IMG/VR virus record: IMGVR_UViG_3300026484_000295
Coordinates: 96,001 to 160,000 of that record
Origin: a virus
DNA: 64,000 bases
Direction: 5' to 3' (one strand)
The position numbers and the translations under genes are program-made. Of the stretch, positions 1 to 11,151 are shown one piece after another (the first letter of the stretch is position 1; each line of letters opens with the position of its first letter). The notes under the pieces are model-generated. The model ran no database searches. It saw nothing but the letters and a program-made list of their open reading frames with translations, and was not told the DNA's origin.

Positions 1-1177
1 CAACTTTAGGCCTATCTATGGTTTTAACCATCCAATCTAAATCCGATAATTTTGAAGGGAATTCTCCCATATATGCATGTTTATTTTTTGGCTGTATATG
101 TTGGGATATTATTTTTTCCAATTCACCATCAGTATTAGCCATTTTTGCATCAAATTTTAAATAAGTACCTTCGTTTTTAGGATTTAATTTATTTGTTGTA
201 TCTCTATAAATTTGATCTAAAATAAGGTCTTCGGCTGTTTTCTTTTTTAGTTCTTCTATCTTATGTGTAGCATCATATAATTGGGTTGCAGCATCTTGTT
301 TTTCTCTAATACTTGCATTAGGATCATTAACAATTTTATTTAAATCCGCTATACGCTTCTTTTCAGCAGATATCTTTGCTTGAATAACGGCACGTTTTTT
401 TGCTATTTCGGCATTCTCTTTATCTTTTTCAATATTCTTATTATTCGTTTTTAAATTTACCGCATCTTGTTCTTTTGCTACTTCAACACTATCAACCATA
501 TCTTTATAAATTTCTGGGTAATCTTCAGCTAATTTCTCTTTTATTTTTTCTTCATTCTCCAATGATTCTTTATAAATATCTTCGCTTTTTGATACATCAT
601 TTTCAAGAGTAGGTAGTTCATTTTCAGCAGTTTCAATATCGCTATCGTAATCTTCTATATCATCTTCTAAATTACCATTTTCAGTTGCTAAATTGTCATT
701 TTCAGTTGCTAAATTGCCATTTTCAGTTGCTAAATTGCCATTTTCTTTCTCTAAAGCTTTTCTCTTAGCTACAACTTTTTCATATGCCTCATTTGCTGCC
801 GCAATTTCTTCCGGAGATTTTGAATTATCGATAGCAACATTGTATAATTCCTTTTCCCGAACTTTTAAATTATCTATTTTATCATTATTTGTATCTATTT
901 TATCATTATTTGTATCTATTTTATCATTATTTGTATCTATTTTATCATCATTTATATCTATTTTATTTTTAGCTATCTGTTTTTTGTTTTCCAATTTACT
1001 AATATCATTCTTTTTTTGTTGTAAATTAGCATTTGCATCCATAACATCTTGTTTGGCTTGAGTTGTTTTTTTACAAGCATTATCATAGGAAGAGCTTTTT
1101 GCTCTAATGGCGTTTTTTGCTTTTAAGGCATTATTAGTCGGTAATGGTTTTGATGGTGTTGTTGTAATAGTACTCAT
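1..1177 (-). CDS. Partial ORF (runs off the left end, absent from the ORF track): long coiled coil followed by a possible tail-tube-like (gp48/gp54-type) baseplate domain
   Basis: ATG at 1177, open to base 1 (MSTITTTPSKP...KIDTNND x3...ENGNLAT...FPSKLSDLDWMVKTIDRPKV). The end resembles HHVKTITKPNV in the local tail tube protein. Confidence 0.6.
   Translation of the reverse strand, partial: MSTITTTPSKPLPTNNALKAKNAIRAKSSSYDNACKKTTQAKQDVMDANANLQQKKNDISKLENKKQIAKNKIDINDDKIDTNNDKIDTNNDKIDTNNDKIDNLKVREKELYNVAIDNSKSPEEIAAANEAYEKVVAKRKALEKENGNLATENGNLATENDNLATENGNLEDDIEDYDSDIETAENELPTLENDVSKSEDIYKESLENEEKIKEKLAEDYPEIYKDMVDSVEVAKEQDAVNLKTNNKNIEKDKENAEIAKKRAVIQAKISAEKKRIADLNKIVNDPNASIREKQDAATQLYDATHKIEELKKKTAEDLILDQIYRDTTNKLNPKNEGTYLKFDAKMANTDGELEKIISQHIQPKNKHAYMGEFPSKLSDLDWMVKTIDRPKV
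667..745. repeat. 21-bp tandem repeat, about 3.7 copies, encoding heptad ENGNLAT
   Basis: Unit cattttcagttgctaaattgN repeated in tandem. Confidence 0.9.
871..966. repeat. 21-bp tandem repeat, about 4.5 copies, encoding heptad KIDTNND
   Basis: Unit tatctattttatcattatttg at 871, 892, 913 and a variant at 934. Confidence 0.9.
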
Positions 1178-1179
1178 TT

Positions 1180-1866
1180 TTAAGAAGCCCTTTTATTAAA
1201 TTGATATTCATATTCATACATTCGATCAAGCATAGGATTTTCTTCTATAATAGGTATAAAATTATTATCAAATTGAACATCTTTTATATATCTATAATCA
1301 ATTATATACTGCATTATTGTTCTCATTTCTTCTGGAGCTTGTTCAACTATTAAATTAAAAACATCATAATTTCTAGTCCATTTGATATCATAATATAAAT
1401 CTTTATCTAAAAATTCATTATTAAAAATTTCTTCAAATAACGAATCTAGCACAACATCATCTTCATTTTCAAGAAATATAGTGAATATATCTATATATTT
1501 AAGATAGTTTAGTTGATCAAATTTAAAAAGACTATTTAAATATTTTCGCTTATCATTTATTATTTTATTAATATTGTTTATTTTTATTTTATAGTTGTTA
1601 ATTTCTCTTTTTATACGTAAATAATTTTCATCTTTTTCTAAAAGCTTATATTGAGATAAAACTATTTTATCTGGAATTATAGTTTTGTTGTTTATTTTCA
1701 TTTGTTCATATAAAAATAAATTGTGAAATAGATCTTTTTTTATTGATAGTACTTGATCATTCAATGTATTGTATTTGAATTCTAATGTTTCTAGTTCAGT
1801 AATATATATTGATAAAGTATTATCTATATTATCTAAGAGAAAATCTTCTTTATTGTAAACTTTCAT
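1180..1866 (-). CDS. Hypothetical late protein (coiled-coil N-terminus)
   Basis: 228-aa ORF, AAGGAG RBS, TATAAATA box at 1888-1895. Confidence 0.7.
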   Translation of the reverse strand: MKVYNKEDFLLDNIDNTLSIYITELETLEFKYNTLNDQVLSIKKDLFHNLFLYEQMKINNKTIIPDKIVLSQYKLLEKDENYLRIKREINNYKIKINNINKIINDKRKYLNSLFKFDQLNYLKYIDIFTIFLENEDDVVLDSLFEEIFNNEFLDKDLYYDIKWTRNYDVFNLIVEQAPEEMRTIMQYIIDYRYIKDVQFDNNFIPIIEENPMLDRMYEYEYQFNKRAS

Positions 1867-1952
1867 TAGTTACTCCTTATTATAATTTATTTATACCAAT
1901 TAATAAGATTATATTATGAAAAGTTGATTTTGCAGCAGTATAGTGTATGAAG

Positions 1953-1983
1953 TTTTTATAGAAGGTCTTACCTTCTATAAAAT
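1953..1983 (-). terminator. Intrinsic terminator hairpin
   Basis: tttttatagaagg-tctta-ccttctataaaaa, downstream of the baseplate genes. Confidence 0.75.
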
Positions 1984-2012
1984 AAGTTCTAGTGGATATG
2001 AATAGTTAAAAA

Positions 2013-2540
2013 TTAAGAAACAGTAATCTCTACTTGATAAGTAAATGAAAGTGTTCTATTTTCAGTTTTAGTAATACCATCAAATGTAATATGTGTTAAT
2101 TTTTTATTAGATATATCAAATAAACCCAATTCATTAAACTTAACACCATTAGCTTCTGTTGAACTAATAGTAGCATTAACTTCAATAATTTTTGAGTTTG
2201 GTTCAATTATATTATTAGCATCATCCGTAATATCTAAAACTTTGATACCGTTTCCAGATCCAACTACATCTTCCGAATGTGCAGCTTCAAATAATGTGTC
2301 CGTAGATACATCAGGAGTTTTTTCATTACCATCTACATCTTCTCCACCTGATCCAAATCTAATAGTTGCTATTCTATACGCATCAGCATTAGTTACATCA
2401 CCATGAACTGCTCCAAATGCTAATGTTCTAACAAAGTTATCTAATTTAATTTTGTTTCTTTTTTCAACAACTAAATCTAAGCCATCAAATACTTTTAATG
2501 TACCAATTACACTTGGTGTTGACATTTCTTTCATACTCAT
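2013..2540 (-). CDS. Baseplate/tail-collar fibre-type structural protein
   Basis: Motifs IRFGSGG...P, FNELGLF, LTHITF.GITKT.NRT..FTY typical of this myovirus family. Start revised to 2540 because of the RBS aggggaa and the late box at 2579-2586. Confidence 0.65.
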   Translation of the reverse strand: MSMKEMSTPSVIGTLKVFDGLDLVVEKRNKIKLDNFVRTLAFGAVHGDVTNADAYRIATIRFGSGGEDVDGNEKTPDVSTDTLFEAAHSEDVVGSGNGIKVLDITDDANNIIEPNSKIIEVNATISSTEANGVKFNELGLFDISNKKLTHITFDGITKTENRTLSFTYQVEITVS

Positions 2541-2631
2541 TTTGGTTCCCCTTGAACAATTTTTTATTTGTTTTATTTTATTTATATTCAAATACCTTTT
2601 TTTATTTTAAAAAAGATTTTTTTATTAAGAT

Positions 2632-5600
2632 TTAAAGATACACATTAGGATTTTCAGCATATGTTCCTTGTATTTTATCAATAATTCCAACTTCAGTATA
2701 ATCCCCGAATATTAATTCAACTATTGATGAAGTATTATCCTTAATAACCGTCATTGATTTAGCTATAGAACCATCTGTTCGTTCTTTATATAAATCTATT
2801 TTTGTTTTGTAATCTGTATCTAAGGACATATATTCATCAAACTTAAATAAAGCACTTGTTAATATATCATTATTTATATCTATATCTATTTTTTCATACA
2901 TACGATATTTAAAAATTGATTCGATAATTTGATTAATATTTGGATCCAAAATATCTATACTCTCTAATTTATATTTTTCATTATAACTAAATGTATGATT
3001 TTTAACTAAATCATCAAATGTATAAGATAACTTCATTTGTTCAGTTCTAATTCGTGCTTGTATTTTTTTATTATCTACTACCAAATATCTAGTATCAATT
3101 TTATCAATCATATTCATATTTAATGTTTCATGGAATGTAGTTATATATTGATAATAATCAAAACCAGAAACATCTTTCATTGATATATTTAAGGTATCTT
3201 TAAAATAATAATCAAATCCAACAATCAAATTATCATACACACCAGTTGTAATTTGAGATAAATCATCACCTTGTTGATCGTATTCAAATTCATTATATGG
3301 TATTTCATCATGGGGAATTTGTCCGACCCAAGTCTCATAAGGAACGTTATATCCAAAAGATTCCCATTCTTTATAATCCCATATATAATCATAATAACCA
3401 ACTCCATACATAAGATTATCAGAATTATTAATTGAGATAATATCTTTTGTATTTATTCTTTCCTGATTAAGAGATGTATTTAATACATCATCAGGATATA
3501 CTGTTAATGTATCTCGGATAAAAAATTCACTTATAATATTTAAATCATCGAATAGACCTAATGTTGCACTATTATCTATTGAATAATCATCATAATATTC
3601 CATACCAACATCAGCTTTTTCATGTATTACATTGTCTACACCATATCTATTCACAGTCCATTTTCTGGAAATATATAGTTGTTCATCTCTAAAAATAGAC
3701 ACATCTAAATTATCATTAAATATCATACCGTATTTTAAACGTTCGTATGTTCTTACTGATGCAATATTACCCTGCGGATCATTCACAACATTATATTGGA
3801 ATATTTCATTCATTTGCACATCAATGTCTGATGGATTATCGGCAGATTCATCAACACTCAATCTATTTAATATAAATCCTCTTATTTTATCTGTAAACCA
3901 TTTACCCGTTCCATATGATATTTGTTCATTACCAGCTTGAATAGTTAAAGAATCTGTAAAAGTTTTATCATCATTCAAATATAATTTATCACTTACTGTT
4001 ACATATATACTATCTTCTAAATTTAAAGTACGATATTCATCAATAAGAAGAGTATCTTTAATTTTAGTATTAATAGCATCATCATAAAAAATATTCGTGT
4101 CATAAATTTCTAATAAACTATCTGAAAACACAATATTAGTTTTTTCTTCTTCCAAATTAAATTTGGTTAGTAACCAATCTGATAAATTCACTTTAAACAT
4201 ACTTTCACTTATTTTAGCATCTTCAAAACCATAATCAAGGTAATCAGTCATTTGAATATTCATATAATTGTCTCTTAACTTGTAACCATACCAAACAGTA
4301 TCAAATATTGATATATTAGTTTTATTTTCAATATTTTCTTTTCTAATAATACTATTATCATGATTTTGAATATATAATTTATCTTTAAAACCAAATTCAA
4401 CAATTTTTAACTCGTCGGCTATTGATATATTTGTACCTATTTCATCTATTTCTATTTCTTCATAAATTAAAATTTTCTCAGTAAATGTTATCAATGCATT
4501 TGAATCATATAATAAATTCATAGAATCAAGTCTTAAATATTCTCTAAGCTCCGTAGTTATATCGAATTCTTCAGATATACCATGGAACATATGCGGCAAT
4601 TCATCATGACCAAATTTATCAAATTCTTGCCATATCCAAGGTTTTTTAACTATATTAATATATGTGGTTATCGAATCTATAATACTTACAGATACACTAT
4701 CCTTAATATTATTTGATATATCTTGCATTAAATAATCATATAAAGAAATATAATTATCATCATAAAATGTATCAGTCATAGTAAAAATTAAACTATCATC
4801 TAATTTTGATGTAATTGAACGTTCTATTGATTCATCAGTATAGCCCATTTGACCATACAAATCATGATATTCTGATAGTCGTCTATCATCAAATTCATAT
4901 TCTATTGCAACATCTTCTAAAAACGTTTTCTCTGTTTGTGAAATAACTAATGAATCACTATATATTTTATTAGACAAAACATCTATAAGTTTATCATTTA
5001 GCGATATTGTCATTCCATCTATAATAAATTTACTTTGATGTCCATAATATAATCGATCTAATAATGATACTTCTTGTTTTTCTAAATTTATTTGTTTTAT
5101 ACTACCATATTCATTTTCATTTAATAAAATAGTAGTTTTTTCAATCATATTAAAATAGGTTTTAAGATTTTCCATTAATCTAGTTCTTAAATTATCATCT
5201 TTATATTTAAGCAATACAAAATTATCCTCTTCAATTTTTATTGATCTTAAATAATCTCTATCAAATTTAGTCATACCTCTTTCTATTTTCATTTTATGCT
5301 TTGTATCAATATATACATTATCACTAATTTCTAATTTAAATAAGTTATCTCGCTCTACATTTGCAGCATTAATTCCAAAAATACCAACTATTGATTCATC
5401 ATTAATAATGCTTGCATATTTATCCAATGATACTACGTACTCTCTAAAGTCGTATCTTATATGTCTATTAATTAATGAATCGGTAATTTTATTGGCAAAA
5501 TATTCTTCAGAAATATTATCATTATCAATCTTTGAATATATTTCACTTCTTAAATTTTCATCAATTATATCAATAGTATAAAAATCTAATAGATTTATAC

Positions 5601-8600
5601 GAATTATATCCTTACTAAAAACATGTATATCATATAATAATGAATCTCTAACTCTTGCATTATGCATATCTGAACCAGGTTGATTAGCTCTATAAAACTT
5701 TTGTGAAATTAAATCACTATATGGATCTATTGGTAGCATTCGCATAAACCCAAAATCTATACGTATAATACCTAATGCATCAATTAATAAAGAATCTACC
5801 ATATTAGCAATTCTATCTAAATCAGCAGAGTTATGATAAAATTCATCGTATGCAAATTCATTATGTCCTGGTATAAATGTTCCATTATCAGTTATAAATG
5901 ATTCTCTTTCTCGTCCTGCCCAAATATGTATTTCTGTATGTATTGTATCAATTGGCTTTATCTGAATATTTTCACTTTCCACCATATCTAATTTAGCAAT
6001 ATATTTATCTTTTAATGAAATATCATTCATATCTAATAACTCTGTTTCAAAACCTTGTTCTAATAGTGAATCATAAACCATAGCACTTATATCCTGTCCC
6101 AATATTGTAGGATTGCTTTGATGAAAATATTCGTCAATAGCAAATTCATCATGTCCTGGAATATCAAGTACATCATATAGAATACATATATCAGTCCAAA
6201 TAGAATCCAATACAGCAATATTTAATTGTTCATAAAATTCGTGTAAAATAGTTTGATGCATTAAATCTTTCATACCGATTAATGTTGTTTGATCTTCAGG
6301 TCCAGAATATTCATCTAAACCATATAAATCCATAGGTAATTGTTCCATATCATAAAATCGAATATTAAATTCTGTATCAATGTCAATCAAATAATCTTCT
6401 ATAATATTTGTTTCCGTAACATCATCAATATCATTCATAATATCAATAGTAGGTATATAATCTATAAAATGTGATTCAATAATATTATCTTGTTCAAAAA
6501 TATTTTGTTTGATATGAAAATAATCATCAATATAAGTATCAACTACTTTCTCAAATTCATTTTCAGGTATGCATTCCCACCATAAATTTGCTAAATTAGG
6601 TGGAGTATATATAGATTCAGGTCTCTGCTTCCAAATTTCTTTATTTAGTACATACCATTCATCATCTATACCATATGTTTCATCATCCATAACCATCAAA
6701 TCATGTCCACCAACTTTTACACTTCTATCATAATCATATGGTATTTCATCATGGGCGCCACACAGTTTTAATCCTTCAGATGGAAAAATTACACCAATTT
6801 TAGATGTTATTATAGAACGGTCTATTGTTTGTATTCTAATGTTTTCACTAAACGCAGAAATAATATCGATGATATTTCTATCTCCTACCACAATATCTGC
6901 TTCTTTAGAAACTGCTTCTGCTGATGAACTTTCCATAATCTTAATAGTAAATATAATTTTATCTAAAACAGTATGAAAAGGTAAAAATTCATCAAATAAA
7001 TCTTGGACTATTTTCTCATAAATATCATAAGTTGCATCACCTTTACTATCCTTTATATTAATAGCCATAGATAAATCTAACATTGAAGATGCAATTACAT
7101 CTTCTGTAAATAATGCTAGTATCTTAGTTATTAAATCATAACGTTTGATATTAAATAAATAGTCAAAATAATGTTCTACTGGCTGCTTAATATTGTCTAA
7201 ATACGTTAATTCTTCAAGATCAGTTATTTCAAGATTTATGAATGAATTATATACTAAGTTTGAATCGGTTATTACTTTATAAATTTCATCTACATTGTTA
7301 CCTAAATCCGCAAGGAGAGTATGTTCTTTTATTTTATTATATTCCACAGATAAATTTGGATGATCAAATTGCTTTAATTCAAAATATATCACTTTTTTAA
7401 ATTCTTCAACAGTCTTTACATCATTCATAAGAATATAATTTGGTAAAAATCTCTCAACAAACCATCGAATTATAACTAAATTAACGCTTAATATATCAAA
7501 TCCCTGTTCAATAGATAACCGATTTAATACATCTAATACCTCAAATAAGTAATCTACAGGTTTATTTAGTTCATATTTAATAATATCTTCATATTCATTA
7601 TAATTATCAGAAAAACTAACATATGAATTAGTAATCATACTATAATCTAATAATCTATAATCTTTTTTAGAAAAAACACCATCATCAATAATAGGACGGA
7701 TTAACAATAACGGTTCTTTCCAATCAACAGACATTTTAATAAATCCATTTATATCTAAAATATCATATTTGAATGGTTTTTCAAAATGCACATGATTATT
7801 ATCTTGAATATCATTCCAGTCTGAATAATTTATAATTGGTTTATACGTTTCAATAGTATCTTTTTTTATCTTTTCTAATTCATCCGTAAAAATATAAAAT
7901 AACCGTTCTTTATCATACTGATTAAATGTCATCATTGAAACTTCAGAAACAATTGCATTATCAGCATTTTCTTTTATAAAATCAACAATATCTTTTAAAT
8001 TATTCTCTATCCATACATTATGAATCAAATAATAATCGAATTGTTCTAGTAAAAAATCATCTTCAAGATATTTTCTTATATATTCTATCAATATATTATG
8101 TATATTATTCGTATCTAAAGAAAAATGCTCATAATTATTATTTTTAAAAATATCAATCAAATCATCATATGAACCAGAAATCAATTTCGTCTCCATTAAA
8201 TCAGCAACTAATTCTTTTAATGTATCAACAATATAGATTGAAGATGGTAATACAGTTGAAACTCTAGCCCATTCAGATATGAATTTATTACGTTGAACCA
8301 TATAAACCGATGAAACATTTATATCATTTGAAATGGCTTTTAAATTTGACTTTAAATATGATTCCAATCCTTTTAAAGACGAAGTATTCGTTTTAAACAT
8401 TAAATATGGTTCTTCTTCTAAATTTTGAGGTTTTGCATTATTAATATCTATATCTAATTGTTCACCCAATAAATTATGTTGTTGTGAATCATTAATTTTA
8501 TCCTGTCCTCTCCCTAACATATATACATTATCAGGAATCATCATAGATGAATAAATATTTTCTCTACCAAAAAATTGACTGTTAGAATTTTGAGGTAATA

Positions 8601-11142
8601 CATTTCCTGCATAAAAAATTGAATTTACGGTCATACCTCTATCTCTATGACTATAATTAACAAATTCAGTTTCTTCTAGTTCTAATTCAATAGTTATTAA
8701 ATCATCATATATAAAAAATAATTTTTCTTCTTTTGAATCAAAATAAACCGAATTATTCATTTTTGTATCAATAAAAATTTCACTAGTTAAATTGATATCA
8801 ATATACATATCTATTATTTTTAATCTTGGAATACCAGTCAAACTATCTATATATATTATTTTATCATAAAGACGTACCTCGTCATTGTTTGCTATATATA
8901 AATTTTTAATATTAAATCTCTTTTCATTTATCTCAATTATAAAGATCATCTCAAAACTATCAAAATATATACTATTAATTATAGGTTTATTAATAGATAT
9001 TGGAGAAACAGCTTCTATTTCATCATATTCTTCTGTAATTGGATTTTTTAAATATATTTTTTTATTAGCAAAAACAAATCCTTCTTCACATAGCTCTTGG
9101 TCGCAATAATTAATTTTATTTTTAATATTATCAAATTTGAGATTATCAATATGTAAACCTCTATTTAGACCATCGTTTAATTGAATTATTAATTGCTCGT
9201 TACAATAATTAAATATAATTAAATTACGTTCTTGATCATAATTAAATTTATTTAAAAAAATAAGATTCCGATAAAATGGAATTTTTTTAATATTGTCAAC
9301 TATTGTTGAATACACCACGGTATTACGTTGTTTATATTCAACAAGTGTAATTTTATCAATAATTTCAATCACATTTTCATTATAAGGATTAAGGATATTT
9401 GAATAATTATATCTTTCAAAAGATTTTTTATATGCTTTACCATTATCCATAAATACAGTTTTTCTAATATTATTATTAAAGTCATTTATCTCAAAATCGG
9501 AATAATAGTTAAGTTCAAAATTATCATACATAATATCATCTATCAAGACATATTCTATAATAGTATGAAATCTAAAATTTATACTTTTATTTAAGTCATT
9601 AAAAAAATCTACATAAATTTTAGGTTCATAAACATAGTTATATGTATTAAACCCAATAATCAATTTTTCATTTTCAATTATTAGTTGGTGTGATGATTCA
9701 TCCAGACCAACTATTTCATATGTACGTATATATCTTTCTTCTTGCTCTTCTATACCAACTTTTACTTTAAATGCAACATTTAATTTCTCATAAAATCCAG
9801 AATCATTATATTTATAAATTATAAAATTATCTAAAAAACCTGTAGTATATATGGTTAAATTATTATATTCTTTTTCTTCAAATACAATACCAATTATATC
9901 AGTATCAATTCTAATGTCTTCTATAATATGATTGATTGATAGACCATTTAAGTCATAAATAATATAATCTTTAACTACTACCTTGTAATACATAGTATTA
10001 TCATCAAAATAATTTTTTATAAAATACCCATATAACTCTTCACCATCTAAAGGAACTATTCTTTCATATATACGTTCACCATTTATATACAATTTAAATG
10101 TTGATTCATCAACTTGTAAATTTTTATCTAAATAAAAATAAATTTCTAAATTATTATCTTCTTCATTTAAAAAATAAGTAAGATTATCACTATCAAGATT
10201 AATAGTTTGATTACTAAATACATCTTCTCTAATAAGTTTTGTTTGACTTTTTTCTAATGCATACCCCATTCCGTTGTTATCTACCAATATACTTTGATAT
10301 TCTTTATATTTTTCAACTATTGATGATATTTCTAATGAAAAAATAGCTAACAAATTAACTATGTTATCAATTACAAAATTATCATAAGAGATTTTTTCTT
10401 TTCCAGAAAAAACATATCTAACAACATTTTTATCATATGAAATGTAGTCTTCTAAATATACAACTAATACACTCTTTGCGAAAATTATTTCATTATCAAA
10501 AGTTCTAATATTTAATAATGAACTTAATGAACCAGCTATATTATCAACGATTTGATGAATAGAATACTCATTGTGTTTAGATAATTCTGTTAAAATTATA
10601 TCAAATTCGTCTATTAATTGTTTGTGTTCATCTACTATCAATTTATAATGTTCATAAGTACTTTTATAAACTTTCTTTTTATATATTTCCGGAGTCTCTA
10701 AATATTTTTTATAATTTTCATCATATAATTCTTTGTTTATATTGTAAGTATCCTGTAATTTAAAATATAATGAACAAATAGGCTGTAAAAAATTATACTC
10801 TTCTATAGCAAAATAAAAAAATATAAAATCTTTAATATCATCAAGAGTTTGCACTAAATCTTTTTTTGAATAACGTTCTAATTTTATTTTTTCTTGACTA
10901 TCATTCATATAAACATGAAATGCTCTAGGATCGATATTATATGGTATTCTAAATTGAGGCAAGAATTTATTTTTATAATATATATCTTTATTTAATAATT
11001 CACCAACAGTATATGAATTTTCATGTTCTATATTTATATCACGTACTTTTTCAAATAATAGAGGATTTAAGACATTATAAATAAATTTTGAATCTTCTTT
11101 TTCTAGAATTTCTCTAGGTAACGATTTTAATAGATTTGGCAT
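2632..11142 (-). CDS. Giant baseplate wedge/fibre protein (gp7-like), 2836 aa
   Basis: Directly downstream of gp6; wedge-type motif LFDEFLPFHTVL; repetitive acidic C-terminal half. Confidence 0.55.
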   Translation of the reverse strand: MPNLLKSLPREILEKEDSKFIYNVLNPLLFEKVRDINIEHENSYTVGELLNKDIYYKNKFLPQFRIPYNIDPRAFHVYMNDSQEKIKLERYSKKDLVQTLDDIKDFIFFYFAIEEYNFLQPICSLYFKLQDTYNINKELYDENYKKYLETPEIYKKKVYKSTYEHYKLIVDEHKQLIDEFDIILTELSKHNEYSIHQIVDNIAGSLSSLLNIRTFDNEIIFAKSVLVVYLEDYISYDKNVVRYVFSGKEKISYDNFVIDNIVNLLAIFSLEISSIVEKYKEYQSILVDNNGMGYALEKSQTKLIREDVFSNQTINLDSDNLTYFLNEEDNNLEIYFYLDKNLQVDESTFKLYINGERIYERIVPLDGEELYGYFIKNYFDDNTMYYKVVVKDYIIYDLNGLSINHIIEDIRIDTDIIGIVFEEKEYNNLTIYTTGFLDNFIIYKYNDSGFYEKLNVAFKVKVGIEEQEERYIRTYEIVGLDESSHQLIIENEKLIIGFNTYNYVYEPKIYVDFFNDLNKSINFRFHTIIEYVLIDDIMYDNFELNYYSDFEINDFNNNIRKTVFMDNGKAYKKSFERYNYSNILNPYNENVIEIIDKITLVEYKQRNTVVYSTIVDNIKKIPFYRNLIFLNKFNYDQERNLIIFNYCNEQLIIQLNDGLNRGLHIDNLKFDNIKNKINYCDQELCEEGFVFANKKIYLKNPITEEYDEIEAVSPISINKPIINSIYFDSFEMIFIIEINEKRFNIKNLYIANNDEVRLYDKIIYIDSLTGIPRLKIIDMYIDINLTSEIFIDTKMNNSVYFDSKEEKLFFIYDDLITIELELEETEFVNYSHRDRGMTVNSIFYAGNVLPQNSNSQFFGRENIYSSMMIPDNVYMLGRGQDKINDSQQHNLLGEQLDIDINNAKPQNLEEEPYLMFKTNTSSLKGLESYLKSNLKAISNDINVSSVYMVQRNKFISEWARVSTVLPSSIYIVDTLKELVADLMETKLISGSYDDLIDIFKNNNYEHFSLDTNNIHNILIEYIRKYLEDDFLLEQFDYYLIHNVWIENNLKDIVDFIKENADNAIVSEVSMMTFNQYDKERLFYIFTDELEKIKKDTIETYKPIINYSDWNDIQDNNHVHFEKPFKYDILDINGFIKMSVDWKEPLLLIRPIIDDGVFSKKDYRLLDYSMITNSYVSFSDNYNEYEDIIKYELNKPVDYLFEVLDVLNRLSIEQGFDILSVNLVIIRWFVERFLPNYILMNDVKTVEEFKKVIYFELKQFDHPNLSVEYNKIKEHTLLADLGNNVDEIYKVITDSNLVYNSFINLEITDLEELTYLDNIKQPVEHYFDYLFNIKRYDLITKILALFTEDVIASSMLDLSMAINIKDSKGDATYDIYEKIVQDLFDEFLPFHTVLDKIIFTIKIMESSSAEAVSKEADIVVGDRNIIDIISAFSENIRIQTIDRSIITSKIGVIFPSEGLKLCGAHDEIPYDYDRSVKVGGHDLMVMDDETYGIDDEWYVLNKEIWKQRPESIYTPPNLANLWWECIPENEFEKVVDTYIDDYFHIKQNIFEQDNIIESHFIDYIPTIDIMNDIDDVTETNIIEDYLIDIDTEFNIRFYDMEQLPMDLYGLDEYSGPEDQTTLIGMKDLMHQTILHEFYEQLNIAVLDSIWTDICILYDVLDIPGHDEFAIDEYFHQSNPTILGQDISAMVYDSLLEQGFETELLDMNDISLKDKYIAKLDMVESENIQIKPIDTIHTEIHIWAGRERESFITDNGTFIPGHNEFAYDEFYHNSADLDRIANMVDSLLIDALGIIRIDFGFMRMLPIDPYSDLISQKFYRANQPGSDMHNARVRDSLLYDIHVFSKDIIRINLLDFYTIDIIDENLRSEIYSKIDNDNISEEYFANKITDSLINRHIRYDFREYVVSLDKYASIINDESIVGIFGINAANVERDNLFKLEISDNVYIDTKHKMKIERGMTKFDRDYLRSIKIEEDNFVLLKYKDDNLRTRLMENLKTYFNMIEKTTILLNENEYGSIKQINLEKQEVSLLDRLYYGHQSKFIIDGMTISLNDKLIDVLSNKIYSDSLVISQTEKTFLEDVAIEYEFDDRRLSEYHDLYGQMGYTDESIERSITSKLDDSLIFTMTDTFYDDNYISLYDYLMQDISNNIKDSVSVSIIDSITTYINIVKKPWIWQEFDKFGHDELPHMFHGISEEFDITTELREYLRLDSMNLLYDSNALITFTEKILIYEEIEIDEIGTNISIADELKIVEFGFKDKLYIQNHDNSIIRKENIENKTNISIFDTVWYGYKLRDNYMNIQMTDYLDYGFEDAKISESMFKVNLSDWLLTKFNLEEEKTNIVFSDSLLEIYDTNIFYDDAINTKIKDTLLIDEYRTLNLEDSIYVTVSDKLYLNDDKTFTDSLTIQAGNEQISYGTGKWFTDKIRGFILNRLSVDESADNPSDIDVQMNEIFQYNVVNDPQGNIASVRTYERLKYGMIFNDNLDVSIFRDEQLYISRKWTVNRYGVDNVIHEKADVGMEYYDDYSIDNSATLGLFDDLNIISEFFIRDTLTVYPDDVLNTSLNQERINTKDIISINNSDNLMYGVGYYDYIWDYKEWESFGYNVPYETWVGQIPHDEIPYNEFEYDQQGDDLSQITTGVYDNLIVGFDYYFKDTLNISMKDVSGFDYYQYITTFHETLNMNMIDKIDTRYLVVDNKKIQARIRTEQMKLSYTFDDLVKNHTFSYNEKYKLESIDILDPNINQIIESIFKYRMYEKIDIDINNDILTSALFKFDEYMSLDTDYKTKIDLYKERTDGSIAKSMTVIKDNTSSIVELIFGDYTEVGIIDKIQGTYAENPNVYL

Positions 11143-11151
11143 TTATTTTCC

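Noticed and set aside
400-1061. + strand ORFs 400..612 and 693..1061
   Set aside because: Antisense shadows of the real - strand ORF 1..1177. The same applies to other short antisense or nested ORFs in the track (e.g. 3632, 13403, 21195, 22158, 24165, 32437, 50033, 55463, 56532).
7776-7830. SDWNDIQDNNHVHFE resembles the peptidase M15 C-terminal motif (GDW...D..HFE)
   Set aside because: No upstream SxH...D zinc ligands recognisable; an HMM search would be needed.
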